The notes under the pieces were generated by a model. The model was not told where the DNA came from, searched no databases, and worked only from the letters and a program-made list of their open reading frames with translations. A program made the position numbers and the translations under genes. A stretch of DNA of 64,000 nucleotides from Selaginella moellendorffii (Eukaryota; Plantae; Lycopodiophyta), in NCBI RefSeq assembly GCF_000143415.4, contig NW_003314283.1:1142364-1206363 (forward strand), written 5' to 3'. How positions within the stretch are numbered: position 1 is the stretch's first letter; every line of letters begins with the position of its first letter. Shown one piece after another: positions 49,391 through 62,699 of this stretch.

Positions 49391-51903
49391 CTGGAAAGCT
49401 GGTTTGTTTCACATCCATTTATCCTTTGGTCTGTGACGAGATGATCGGTTTTTTTTTACTAGGAATCCACAACACTACCTTGGCTGGATTGCAAAGTTTT
49501 TGATCCAGAGAAAGATCGCGGGTCAAGTCAAGAGAAGAAAGAATCAAAGCTTTTGACAAAGAGAGTGAGGTACTTATCATCCGTGAGGAATTCTTTTCTC
49601 TTCCTTTTTTTTTTCTCAGTCCCATCAACAAGTTCTCGATGACGAATATGAAATCGCAAAGGTCTCATCGATTCTCCAAGTTCTTGGACCAGTCAAGCCA
49701 TAAGAAATCTCCTTTCGGGTCACCAGGTGTGTTTCCACTTGAGTTTTTTAATGGCTCCCTTGACAATGATCCATGTCTCCGTGAATAAACTTTTGCTTGC
49801 TTGCTTTGTTTGAATCGAGCACCAAGATCTTGAGTGGAGTTGAATACAAGCGCCATTGTTTTAATATTCTTCCTCTCATCCTTACGTAGGTACTTGGTGG
49901 AGTAATCAAACGTTGAAAGCAATGATAAAAAGCTGGATAGTGGTACCCGAAATTTCTCGAGCATGGAGCCGGGGGAATCTTTTCGTTTCTTGACAAAGTG
50001 ATTCTTTCTCTAGGCAGCAGGGAATGGAGCATCTCACGAACAAAGCCCTTAAAGCTGGGAAAAAAAGAAGGCCGGATTTAAGTATCAAAGCACTAGCGAG
50101 CGACCCTCTTTGCTTTTAGGCAGTGGTGTTTGAGGTCACCATGCAAGCAAAGCAAAAGTTGGCGAGATATTGGTAATCTACGCAAAAAGAAGGATCGGAC
50201 TGGAACCCACACGCTATAAAGACAAAGCACGCTCAAGAAGAATGGAAGAATTCCATGCAACTAGAGGAAAGAATGGAAGTACTCATACCTATGGTTGCTG
50301 ATCAAAGAAAGGTTTGGATGCGTCTATGAGGTTCCATCATCAGTTTTGATTGCCAGGCGTGCGCAAACATGTATTTGATATGGTTTCCAGTTTAATCTAT
50401 TATTAATAAGAATATATAAACAGTTATATTAATAATTAAAAAAGTTGCATTAGATGTCAATCGCTTCTTAACATATTTGACGCGCTTCAGCTTTTGGAAT
50501 GGAGCCCAGTGACAGTATAGCAAACGTATCCACGGCGTATAAAGAGGAAAGTCCTAGCCTAGCGTACTTTCTCTTTTCTCTGTCTGGATAATTTCTTTTT
50601 ACTTACTAAATTATCATTAGTAATAACTAGAATAATTAAGTTTATCTCAGAGGCTTGTTTTATAGAATTTAGGTTTGAAAAACTGGCGGGAAAAGCAGCC
50701 GTTTAAATTGCTGGGGTTTTTGTTGCTCAAGAACCCTAATCGCGCCTGGGGACAAGACGTAAGATCGGCGAACAGCGAGCGCAGCAGCAGCGCCCTGGCT
50801 CTCTCTGGCGCTCGCATTAATCTAGTACTCGCACTGGTAAGCGCCTCGTTCGTCTCTTCTTGGCTTCTTGTTGGCCAATGGCTGTGTGCGATTCATACGG
50901 CTCCATTTGGTGGTACATATCTGATTCGCATTCAAATCGAGTCAAGTCCACCTCTTTTTTCCCCAGCGCCAGGCCTCCAGTGTGGAGCGAAATAGAAAGG
51001 CCATAGATTTGCTACGGGATTCCTTGTTTTCCCACCCCACCTCCTCGGTTCTCCAAGTTTTCTCCCAATTTTTTTTTCGCCCCCTTGCATGCTTTTATCT
51101 TTGTTTTTTTCGTGTTGGTGGAGCTCTGCCTGATTCTCTTAAGTATGAATCTCTCTTTTTCCTTTTTTTTTTTTTTCCTCTCTTCTCGTTGGTGTTGTTG
51201 CTAAGCGTGCTGTGGAGCCTGGTCTTGTTCTTTTGGTGCTGGTGGTGCTCTGATCCTTCTTTCCTTCTTTCGTTGCTTGCTTTCGTGGGTCTCTTCTATA
51301 TATGTGTACATATCTCTGGCAAGGATAGGACTTGGCATCTTCCATATGTATGCGTCGTAGGACAGACCCAACATCTGGTGCAGAGCTGAGGAGTCCTTGC
51401 AAATGCACAGACGCGGGCAGTAGCGGCAGCAAACCAACTACCATACAAATATGCTGCGAGCGATGCGATGATATCAAAACAAAGAGGGGGAAAAATCCAT
51501 CCAAAAAGCCTGGCTTCGGCAATTACAACCTCGCGAGCTGGACAGAGAAGGTGCCGCTTCATCTTCATACCATTTTGACATCAATCAGGCTCACCAGGTG
51601 TGTGTATGCTGCTCTAAGTATCTTTGCTCCTTTCGCTTCTCAACTTGGCTTGATTGTTGGTACTTGCATTACCCATTTTCGTAAGCTGTGGTGGGATTCT
51701 TTCTCGTAGTTACTGTCGGGGCTTTGCGTGTGATTGTTCCATCTTTTCTCGTTTTAGCTAAAGCTGTACAGGCGGCTTTCTCTGTGAGTGCTGTTTCTTT
51801 CCTTTAGTTTACTTTTTCGGTCTTTTGCGTCGTCACTTTGCGTAGCTCCTCTGGTACAGTATGGGGGCGCATTCTGCATAATTCTGTGCATCTTGTAGAG
51901 CTA

Positions 51904-51941
51904 CTAGTAGTAGTAGTAGTAGTAGAAGGAAGTAGTAGTAG
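51904..51941. repeat. (TAG)n microsatellite
   Basis: Directly visible. Confidence 0.9.
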
Positions 51942-52419
51942 AAATCGTAGTCGAATGCTTTGCTGATACGATTCTTTCATACTAGTGCGTCTCTGCGTGT
52001 ACTGTCTAGTAGCTATGACATTGAAATGGATGGCAGCAGCAATACGTACAAGGCTCTGATCCATTTTATCTTTTCAGTGAATCAGGAAGGGAGCGAGCGC
52101 TTGGCTACTGCTACTTATACTACGTTGTACAAGTCCTTAGAGCTTAACCAGGTTCCAGCGACTGTACACTGTAAACAAGCAACTTGGAGTTTCCCAGACT
52201 TACAAGAGGACGACGACTCTACTCACAGGGAAAACCAGGACTCGAGGGTATATCAGACGAGGACAAAGGTTTTGATGCTGCTGGGCTCGTAGTGGAAACA
52301 AGGCTTCTCAACAAGTCAAGTGGTGGTGGCACTGGAGGAGGTACCTTTTAGCTAAGCTAAGAAGGAGCTCTATACTCGGAAGAGGTAGAAGTCTAGAAGG
52401 CCGGAATTCGAGACAGGGC

Positions 52420-55400
52420 ATGGGGACGAATACGAACTCGACGAGCATTACACCGGAAAAACGGAAGACAGAGCAGGGAATGCTCCGGACTTCAGCAGCT
52501 ACGCTGGTGGTTTTGGCTCTCCTTCTCCTCCAACAGGCTCAACTTTCCTCTTCTCAAGCCTCTCAGGATGCTGTCAATCTCCTGGCATTGAAACTGGACA
52601 TCGTGGATGGGCTGGGATATCTATCGGACTGGAAAGATTCTACGACAACGCCATGCAGCTGGACGGGTGTGACTTGCGACGACGAGCACCAGATATCCAG
52701 CTTGAATCTCGCCTCCATGAACCTGACAGGTAGAGTCAATGAAAACATTGGTCTGCTCAGCTCGCTTTCAGTGCTCAACCTCAGCGACAACTCCCTCAGC
52801 GGCGATCTTCCGCTGGCGATGACAAGCCTCACGAATCTCGACACCCTGGACATCAGTGAGAATCAATTCACCGGTCGTCTCACCAATGCGATTGCCAATT
52901 TACATCTCTTGACGTTCTTCTCGGCTCATGACAACAACTTCACGGGACCGCTGCCGTCGCAGATGGCTCGTCTGGTCGACTTGGAGCTGCTCGACTTGGC
53001 TGGAAGCTATTTCTCTGGGAGCATCCCTCCGGAGTATGGGAATCTGACCAAGCTCAAGACGCTCAAGCTCTCTGGGAACTTGCTCACTGGGGAGATACCG
53101 GCAGAGTTGGGGAACTTGGTAGAGTTGAACCACTTGGAACTTGGCTACAACAATTACAGCGGAGGAATTCCAAGAGAGTTTGGGAAGCTCGTCCAGCTCG
53201 AGTACCTGGATATGTCGCTGACAGGCCTCTCCGGAAGCATACCAGCAGAGATGGGAAACTTGGTCCAGTGCCACACCGTTTTTCTCTACAAGAACAGGCT
53301 CTCCGGGATTCTACCTCCAGAGATTGGCAACATGAGCGGACTTATGTCACTGGATATCTCGGACAATCAACTCAGCGGGCCAATTCCGGAAAGCTTCTCG
53401 AGGCTGGCCAGGCTCACTCTCCTCCATCTCATGATGAACAACTTAAACGGTTCCATTCCCGAGCAGCTGGGAGAGCTAGAAAATCTGGAGACTCTATCCG
53501 TGTGGAATAATCTCATCACCGGGACGATTCCTCCTCGACTCGGCCATACGAGGAGCTTGAGCTGGATCGACGTCTCGTCCAATCTTATATCGGGGGAGAT
53601 CCCTCGCGGGATCTGCAAAGGTGGCTCTTTGATCAAGCTGGAGCTCTTCTCCAATTCTCTCACCGGTACCATCCCCGACATGACTAACTGTAAGTGGCTC
53701 TTTCGAGCTCGGTTCCACGACAACCATCTCTCGGGCCCGATACCAGCGGCATTCGGGGCCATGCCGAATCTCACGCGGCTGGAACTCTCCAAGAACTGGC
53801 TCAACGGAAGCATTCCGGAAGATATCTCGGCCGCTCCACGCCTGGCTTTCATCGACATCTCCAGCAACAGGCTGGAAGGCAGTATACCGCCGCGAGTGTG
53901 GAGCATACCGCAGCTGCAAGAGCTCCATGCAGCCGGGAACGCGCTCTCCGGGGAGCTCACCCCGTCTGTAGCCAATGCAACGAGAATGCTGGTGCTGGAC
54001 CTGTCCGAGAACAAGCTCCAGGGGCCGATACCACCCGAGATCGTCTACTGCTCTAAGTTGGTCACGCTCAACCTCCGGAAGAACACGCTGAGCGGACAAA
54101 TCCCGGTGGCTCTAGCTTTGCTCCCGGTCCTCTCCGTCTTGGACCTGTCGTGGAACTCTCTCCAAGGGAGAATCCCAGCACAGTTTTCGCAGTCCCGGAG
54201 CTTGGAGGACTTCAACGTCTCATACAATAGTTTGTCCGGACAGCTCCCGACGTCCGGACTATTCTCGTCTGCGAACCAGAGTGTCTTTGCCGGGAACCTC
54301 GGGCTGTGTGGAGGAATTCTTCCACCCTGCGGCTCAAGAGGGAGCTCCTCCAATTCAGCTGGTGCCTCGTCGAGAAGAACGGGACAGTGGCTCATGGCAA
54401 TCTTCTTCGGGCTGTCATTCGTCATACTCTTGGTCGGAGTGAGGTATCTCCACAAGCGCTACGGATGGAACTTCCCGTGTGGATACCGGAGCAAGCATTG
54501 CGTCCGAGATTCGGCCGGTTCCTGCGAGTGGCCGTGGAAGATGACGGCCTTCCAGCGGCTGGGCTTCACGGTGGAGGAGCTTCTCGAGTGCATCCGTGAC
54601 AAGAACATCATCGGCAAAGGCGGGATGGGGGTGGTGTACAAGGCCGAGATGGCGAGCGGCGAGGTGGTGGCGCTCAAGCAGCTTTGCAACAACAAAGAGA
54701 GCTACTACACCGACCAGGGGTTCCTGTCCGAGGTGAAAGTTCTGGGGGGGATAAGGCACAGGAACATCGTCCGGCTGCTGGGATACTGCTCCAATCACCA
54801 CACCGACATGCTGCTCTACGAGTACATGCCGAATGGAAGCTTGAGTGATCTTCTCCACGGACAGAAGAACTCTTCCAGCCTCTTGGCGGACTGGGTTGCG
54901 AGGTACAACATCGCAATGGGAGTGGCGCAGGGGCTGGCTTACTTGCACCACGACTGCTTCCCTCACGTCATAATTCACAGGGATGTCAAGTCGAGCAACA
55001 TTCTCCTGGATCACAACATGGACGCCAGAGTTGCGGACTTTGGTCTTGCAAAGCTGATCGAGGCGCGAGAATCCATGTCCGTTGTTGCTGGCTCGTATGG
55101 TTACATCGCTCCAGGTATGAGCTACTCGTTCCTTGGTTTGTTTGTTTGCTCATTCCTAGCTTGTTTGTTTGCTCATTCCTCCAGACAGTTTTTAGATCTG
55201 CTTAGATGAAAACAAATGCTTGAGTAGCTCTCACTTGTTTCCTTCTTCTTTTCTATTTGGTTTTTCTATCGCTCTGCTACTCGTTCGTCTATTTATTCAT
55301 TCACGCTTGTATCTTTTTTCTTTATTTTTTCTTTTCTTCCGTGATAGATATCGGTCATTCATTGCTTGAAAGAGTTGGTTCTGCTTTCCTGTTGGTTTGT

Positions 55401-56149
55401 ACCAGGCCTTTTTTTTCGGCCTTGTAATAATCTATATGCACTCTTTGCGATAGGATATGTTTGCTTGAGAGGTCTTGCTGTTTGGCTGCTTGTCCTGTTG
55501 GTTTCTTACAGGCTTTTTTCTTCCTTGTGCTTACGTTCCAGGCTTTTCTTTGTTTTACGTGCATGTTTTGGTCGTGGGTTGCAACTTTGTTCGTTTCACT
55601 CGATCTAAAAGTCGAAAACTTTGGGTTTTTGTGATTCCAGAGTACGCGTACACGATGAAAGTGAGAGAGAAAGGTGACATATACAGCTACGGCGTGGTGC
55701 TGCTGGAGCTCCTCACTGGCAAGCGGCCAATCGAGCCAGAGTTTGGAGAAGGCAGCAACATCGTCGACTGGGTCCACTCCAAGCTGCGAAAGGGGCGGCT
55801 GGTGGAAGTTCTCGACTGGAGCATTGGCGGCTGTGAGAGCGTCCGTGAGGAGATGCTGCTGGTGCTCAGAGTGGCGATGCTGTGCACAAGCAGGGCCCCT
55901 CGCGACAGGCCAACGATGCGAGACGTGGTGTCCATGCTCATCGAGGCGCAGCCCAGGAGAAAGCAACTCAGCGCCATCTCTAGCAGCAAAGCTAGCAGTG
56001 GCAAGAGGAGGAGCAATGATCAAGACGATGACGAAGAGGCTAAAGAAAAGGAGGAGCAAGAGGAGGAAAGCTCACAGCAGCAGCAAAAGAAGAAGAATAA
56101 GAAGATGAAGAAGCACGAACTGGAAGAACTCCAAGAATCTCTATCATAG
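52420..56149 (+). CDS. LRR-RLK subfamily XI, PXY/TDR-like CLE-peptide receptor; intron 55115-55640
   Basis: Signal peptide, ~21 LRRs, GNLGLCG, TM, WKMTAFQRLGFT, YLHHDC.P..IHRDVKSSNILLD, ESMSVVAGSYGYIAP|EYAYT. Confidence 0.93.
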
Positions 56150-58259
56150 TTATAAATAACATTAATATTGAATGCAACAATGTTATGATAATCGATAAGG
56201 CAAAGTAATGTATTTCATTCCAGCTTCCACAAAAATGAGAAGGAAAATTTGCAAGTGTATCTAGCCTTACCGCTAAAATGCTGCCAGGTACCTCGGGACA
56301 ATAACAACACAGCTAATACGTCCTTGCTTCTCACAATCCCCCAACTAGGCAGCAAGAAAGAAGGCATCTTGGCATACCCATCCAATCCTCACAGCACAAT
56401 TGGTGGCGAAATCCATCTCCCCATGGCATACCAAACACTCTTGGATTCCAATAGCAATGCATGTGAGGTTGTGATGTCCAGTTATTTTCATCAATTTGTC
56501 TTGAGAGAATAGAAAGCAACACCACCACGTACATACTCTTGTTAATAGCCGTGCTAATTGATATCATTTTTCTTCACTGATTAAGATCATGAGAGAAATG
56601 TTGGAAATTCTCCATTGCTCTCTATTATTGCTGCCGATCACACAGCATATGTGATATAATACATGTTTTTGAAGTCTTGCATTGCCCAATTGGAGGCATG
56701 AGACTACAATGCTGAAGCATTATACCAAGATTCATGTTTTGTTTGTTATGCTAACAAATTTTCATGTTTAGAGAACTATCTCATATCTCATATCCCTCTA
56801 CTTTGGCCAGTGCCAATATATACAAAAAGAAACAGAAAGAAACACTAAAGCAGCACTCTTTTAGTTTTCATAATTCTTCATAACAATTTTGCTCCTTTCA
56901 CCCTCCTCTCCACTACTTTTTTAAACTCTATTTTAACTATAACCTCTTCAGTTTTTTTCTCATTAAAAAAAGGTATGATAAATAAGTCCACTTCATTTCA
57001 CATATTCTTATTTTTCAATACATAGAAGTCAAAATAAAATATAAAGAGCAACATAACTCTACTTCCTTTGGGATTGTGATATTTAAGCTAGTGTATAGAT
57101 ATTCAAATTTGGCATGATGGGATATATGGTTTTTTTCAATGCTTACAACCCTTTATTGAGTATAATGTTAAGTTGGACAAGCAAAAGTGGCAAAGAATGT
57201 ATTTATTCAAAATTGAAGACTAAAGGGACCAAAGAGTGATAAGGTTTTCAATTTAAAGCTATTATTGAAGCCATAATTATTTTCAGGATTACTAGTCTTC
57301 TCATTAAGTTTTTATATTTTTAAATGGAAATATACATACTTTCTATAATTGTTATTTATAAACCAGACTTAAATGAAAGTAATTTTAGCCATAATATTCT
57401 GGTTTTGAACATAGGATAGGATACAACTTTCCATGTCTGATTAGGGCAAATAGGAACCTTTTATTGAATATTTCTATATTTAGAATTCACAATGATAATT
57501 TGTATAGTTCTATTACAATAAAGCTTCACTAAGAAAAAAACTATTGTGGATTCTAGAAATTGCAGTCTTTCTTATCAATTATTTTCAGTTGAAAAAGAAA
57601 AATTAATCCATCCTTAATGACATTTGTAGGTATATATAAATGAATATTATATGGAGAATAAATTTAAATTTTAGTATTTATTTTGTATTTCACTTACGTA
57701 CAAATCATTGTTATTCTCCAAGAATAAGTACTCGCTTATTCTATAAAATGGTGTAAAGAATATATATTAGGTTAAAAGTAAAAATTAATAATTGCCACTA
57801 TAAAAGTAATTTTATTAAAAAATTGTTTATTTAAAAGAACACATCATAGATTAGATTTTAATTAATAGTTATTAAGATAACCTAAAGTATAAAAGAAATT
57901 ATAGATATTTATATTTTTAATTATATAAAACTCAAATTGTGGAATAATGATTATTAAAACAAGTAATATGGATATTTTTAATTAGAATTTGTTATTTATA
58001 AAAACTTATAAATTTATTGTACAATTTAACTAATTTAATATACTTACCAAAATCCAAATAATACTTATTTTCCTAGGCATAAGTAATGTTTACATCTGTC
58101 TTTTCATTACAAAGAAGAGATGGCATAGCCCCTGCATGGAAGAACAAGCAATTTTAATGCTAAAACTCTTCCTTTTCTCACCTTCCTTTCTTTTGTTCCT
58201 CAAGTCCCTCTCCTTCCCCTTTGTTTTCTTTCATTTCCTCTTTGATTCGCTCTTCTTCT

Positions 58260-58862
58260 TCATCGTGGCTGCCCCGCAGCACTACTCCCGCCTTGCATCC
58301 AGTAAGATTGCTGGCTGCTCCCACCATACCTGGACGACGATCCTCCAGGCGCATAGCCTTGTGATTGCTGCTGCTGCTGGATCAGCGATCCCATTGCCAT
58401 CATCCCACCACCACCATTTTGATTCTGAAACTGCTGGAAATCACCACCACCACCACCAGCGCCACCACCACCACCACCTTGCTGCTTCACGTTGGCCTTC
58501 TCTCCCTCAGTCTCTCGATACCTCTGGAGATAGAGCTTGAGTGGATCGATGTAGTCCTCGAATCCCAGCGTCCCCATCGCCCAGAGGAGATCATCGCCAT
58601 TGATGGTCTTGCGCTTCTCGCGCTTGCACTTGTCCGAGGCCTCGCCGGTGATGAAGCTGATAAACTCGGACACGCACTCCTGGACGGTCTCCTTGGCGTC
58701 CTTGGAGATCTTGGCATTGCCGGGCAGGACCTTCTTCATGATCCGGCTCACGTTGGCGATGGGGAGGAATCGCTCCTGCTCTTTCACCGAGGAGTAATTC
58801 CCCCCACCGGATTCGTTGTCCGAGTGTGGGCTGCTCTCCGGCGTGCCTGGGTAATCCGCCAT
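58260..58862 (-). CDS. Nuclear factor Y subunit B (non-LEC1 type), intronless
   Basis: [72 protein letters not shown]. Confidence 0.96.
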   Translation of the reverse strand: MADYPGTPESSPHSDNESGGGNYSSVKEQERFLPIANVSRIMKKVLPGNAKISKDAKETVQECVSEFISFITGEASDKCKREKRKTINGDDLLWAMGTLGFEDYIDPLKLYLQRYRETEGEKANVKQQGGGGGGAGGGGGDFQQFQNQNGGGGMMAMGSLIQQQQQSQGYAPGGSSSRYGGSSQQSYWMQGGSSAAGQPR

Positions 58863-59558
58863 GGCGCTGCGCTACAATCCTTCTCCTCCTCCCTCCGCGG
58901 ATCGCTGGATGGAGGGATGGACAATCGACGCTCCCCTGACACGAAATTCCGAGAGAAATCAGCGCAAAGAAGAAAAAGGAGCTGGGATTTCTGGAAGATC
59001 TCCCTCTACGGTCTCTCACGAGCCCTAATTCCCCGGCAGAGAGAAGAATGCGCGCTTGACTCAATCCAATCCAAGCCAATCCCATGCTCCAATTCCAAGA
59101 GAGATTGCTCTCCTTCTTACCTAGATAGCGATGGCGATGGGAGAATCCCGCACCGCCAGCTCCTCGCCGCTCGATCGCACCGGCACCGCCGCCACCCAGC
59201 GCCGCCGCCGCCACATTCTTGCTCCTCTTCGCCACGCCGATACCTAGAAGCAACGAAAAGGAGGAAAGAACACACCACCAAATGTGGAACAAGATAGAAA
59301 GAAAGAAAGAAGAAAAAAATTAACTTTTTTTTTTCTGGAGTCAAAAAAAATTGGGAGGATTTATCTATTCATCGCCTGCCTGGATAAAAAGAAAAGATGA
59401 AAACGTGTCGCCGGTTCGATTCCCACCAAGCCCTCTTTTCTCTCTTTTCTCTTCTCTCACACCAACGTTTGTGTTCTTAGTTTGTTCTTCGTGTTCTTCG
59501 ATTGTTCTTCGTGAATCCTGGATGGATTTTTTTCCTCTTTTTTTGTTCTTGCTTGGGC

Positions 59559-60882
59559 TCATGTGTGCGAGGCGGTTGATGCGACCCAAATCGGATACAG
59601 CTGCTGCCCGACTTTGCAATCCACCCTCCCAAACAGGAAGGACCACAAAACGTTGACGATGCCGGTGCCATAGTCCATGCTGTTGCCACAGAGCTCGTTT
59701 AGCTCGTCGGCAACGCGCTGAGCGTCACTGGACACGTCGCCTAATGCCCACGCTAGTGATATGTGAGGCCGAGGAGTCTGCCAAAGGAAAGAGAAACGGA
59801 GAAGAAATCCTCAAAACCAAACGAAGATGGAAAAGCAAAGGCTTACATCGTAGAATGGTGGGAGGCCGTGGAGCTTGTAAGCCTCAGTAACCAGCGCTAT
59901 TTGCCTGCGAATCTACAACCACAAAGCAAATGAAACTGTCAAGAGAAACGAAACCAAACGAGGACACCTTACGTCGGATAATCCTCCAGACACAACTTCC
60001 AATCCGAGAAACGTTCTCGATCGATCATCGTTCAAGTAAATCTCCCATCTCCCAAACTCGATCCAGAACCTAGCTAAACGTGCAATGTCAGCGAAAAGAA
60101 ACCGTGAGAAAACAAAGCTAACTCACCGTTTCTGGCTTTCAAACTTGTGTCTCAGCAGGGGGATGAGCGTGTCAATCTGGTGGACTCTAATCGGGACTGT
60201 TCTCGAGAGACTGATGTGGAACTCTTTGGCGAGCTGTATGCCGGAGTCGGCGTTTGAGCGAGAAGTTGTGTCTCTGCGCTTGAAACTCACGACAATGTCG
60301 TCGTCCATCCCACGCAACTGGGGCATCATACTCGATGCTTTACCAAGTAGTGACTCCAAGACATTCCGTGCTCCAAGCGTGACAGGAACTAGAAATCAAG
60401 AACACTACAACTTAGATATGGATATAAGAACAGATCACACAGCTTACCAGGAATGTTTACGTAGGATGGAAAATTCCCTTCGACATGTGGGAATGTGCGT
60501 TTTCGTCCAGCATGACTGGGTGGTATCACTGCAAGAAGAAAACAATGGTAAGAACACCGAAAAAAAAAAAGGCATAAGCGAGAAGAAGAAAAATACAATG
60601 CTAAGAACAAGAAGCTCTTTTGGAAAGAAAAAAAGTACGAGCGAAACGAAATGAAGAAGAACAAAGATCAAAGGAGCTCTTTTCCAGAGACTTACGAGCA
60701 TCTGGAATTTGGTCCAGCTCCGATGGAGGTGGCGGCAACGGGTTAAGGTTGTAGATCGAGTAGCGCGCCTTGGTGCGTACTTTTTGCTTTCTCTTTGGAG
60801 GGCTGCTGGCGGTGGAAAATCGAGAATCGTCCGTGTCGGAGCCCGACGGAGATGTGTTGTAGAACATTTGTATTTCTTCCAT
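59559..60882 (-). CDS. USB1: U6 snRNA phosphodiesterase (2H family), multi-exon
   Basis: GR.RTFPHVEGN, EFHISLSRT, WE.Y.NDD.SRTFL.LEV, LP.FY..PRPHISLAW, VDCKVG; both HxS catalytic motifs are intact. Confidence 0.92.
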
Positions 60883-61214
60883 GACCCTCTAGCAAAAATC
60901 GAAAATCCCTCTCTGTCCAACTATTTCCACTCCTCGTCCATGGCATTATCCCTCATTTCACCTTGGCAAAGTGCCTCATCGGTGGAAAGACCATAAACCC
61001 TGTACCTTGCGGGAGAGTGGTGCCCCTAGAATCACTGCGCGGCTAAATCTGTGGCGCCATACCTGGGGCAACGAGGGCGCCACGTGGCGCCCGTTGTCGA
61101 TCGTGTTTCCCGGAGCGCGATTGTGACGGATCAGCCTCTCCTCCGCTCAAGGGACGCAATGCTTGGAAAACGAAAGGAGGAGGAACCCTAAAATTGCCAA
61201 AAATGTAACATTTG

Positions 61215-62120
61215 CTAAGGAAAACGCCTTAATATTTTATTGTCGTTTGAACTAATTATGTATACAAATCCATCATCGTCCACAGAAAGTGTTGTTGATT
61301 TACATGTTGGACAATTAAAATTTATAAACCATATTTCTATATCTCGAAAATCCTTTATAGTTAATTTTCCAGTCTCTAAAAGCAACCAACAGTCAATACC
61401 TTTGTTAGAAGTCCCATTTTCCCATAAAACATGTATTCTTTTCCAAGTTATAGCTAGATTACAATTTTGCTTTAGATTTAATTCATATTCTCCATTTGGA
61501 GAAATTAAAGTATTAGAATTCAGTAGATAAGATCCAAAATCATGTTTTTCACCACTCACAAGTGAAGATCTGTAAATCCAACAGTTATTAACAGCTGTAT
61601 TTATAGGATTTATATTTTTCACCATGATAAAATTGTTAGTATTCTTAGATCCATATTTTCTAGCATTTAGTAGTTTATATTTGATGCCCACATAGTTTAA
61701 AGTAGCAATCATAAAACCATAGTTTCCTACTCGAGCTTCTCTTAAAACATCAAGTAGAAGCTCAGTAAGTTTTCCAATAATTTCTTCCCCTGATGCTCCT
61801 CCTCCTGTTCCTGTTTGAGCTAAATTACACATTCCACCAGGCCTTTTACTATAAATCCAGATGGTAACTTCAATAACTTTATCTGATAAGTAAAGATAAT
61901 CAGTCCAAGTAAATGCATTATAGTATTTATATGTTTCTTCTATTTGTGTGTCCATGAGCTTTACTAAGGATTTTCCAATTTCATTAATATCATTTTTAGT
62001 AATAAAATTGTAAAGTGAAATAGCATCCCAATTTACATCATCTTGAATGGTCAGATTTTTTAATTGGGAAAATATTATGAGAAGAGTAGAAATCCTCACC
62101 CTCATAAGAAAATAAGACAT
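61215..62120 (-). CDS. Intronless AT-rich gene: unknown N-terminal domain plus a C-terminal bulb-type (GNA-like) lectin domain
   Basis: 301-codon ORF in very AT-rich DNA. LISPNGEYELNLKQNCNL....VLWENGT.....C.LLL.TGKLTI.D....IW...LSVDDDG.V.I fits the B-lectin beta-prism II pattern. Confidence 0.75.
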   Translation of the reverse strand: MSYFLMRVRISTLLIIFSQLKNLTIQDDVNWDAISLYNFITKNDINEIGKSLVKLMDTQIEETYKYYNAFTWTDYLYLSDKVIEVTIWIYSKRPGGMCNLAQTGTGGGASGEEIIGKLTELLLDVLREARVGNYGFMIATLNYVGIKYKLLNARKYGSKNTNNFIMVKNINPINTAVNNCWIYRSSLVSGEKHDFGSYLLNSNTLISPNGEYELNLKQNCNLAITWKRIHVLWENGTSNKGIDCWLLLETGKLTIKDFRDIEIWFINFNCPTCKSTTLSVDDDGFVYIISSNDNKILRRFP

Positions 62121-62207
62121 TAAGTTCCTAATGAAATAATTATCTTAAGGAACAAAGCCACATTTCATCAATTATGTCACCAAAAGCTGTCGTTGGTGTA
62201 GAACACG

Positions 62208-62490
62208 ACTTGGTTGCGTATTTTTTGCTTTCTCTTTGGAGGGCTGCTGGCGGTGGAAAAATCGAGATTCGTCCATGTAAGAGCCCAATGGAGACGTGTT
62301 GTACAACATTCTCTAGCAATAATCAAAGAATCCCTCTGTGTCCAACTATTCCTCATTTGCCTTGGCAGGTACCTCATCGGTGAGAAAGACTATAAACCCT
62401 GTACATTGAATCACTGCGCAGCTAAATCTGCGGCACCTGGGGCCACGCCATGGTACCTGTTGTCAATTTTGTTTCTCAGAGCGTGATTGA
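62208..62490 (-). pseudogene. Duplicate of USB1 exon 1 and promoter (direct repeat of ~60768-61123)
   Basis: Shared TTTTTGCTTTCTCTTTGGAGGGCTGCTGGCGGTGGAAAA and FSTASSPPKRKQK; start region deleted. Confidence 0.9.
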
Positions 62491-62699
62491 GCCTATAGGA
62501 AACAGATTGACGTGGTAGTTGAGGTGGGCAAAACTCAACCACATGGCAGATTCTAGGAACTTTTCAAATTAATGGGAGAATCATGAGACTAAATGCTCCA
62601 CTAACAAAGTATGGAGGTGGCAGAAATCCATAGTAGCAACATAGAAGATATGAGTTCAAGAGCAGCCAAAGCAAGAGAAAGAAGAAGAGAGGAGCCAAG

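Noticed and set aside
56250-56520. Minus-strand Cys/His pattern (HNLTC...ECLVCH) resembling a RING remnant
   Set aside because: Incomplete ligand set and in-frame stops; could be chance.
58260-58862. LEC1-type NF-YB
   Set aside because: Has AKISKDAKE (Lys) rather than the diagnostic Asp of LEC1 (AKISDDAKE).
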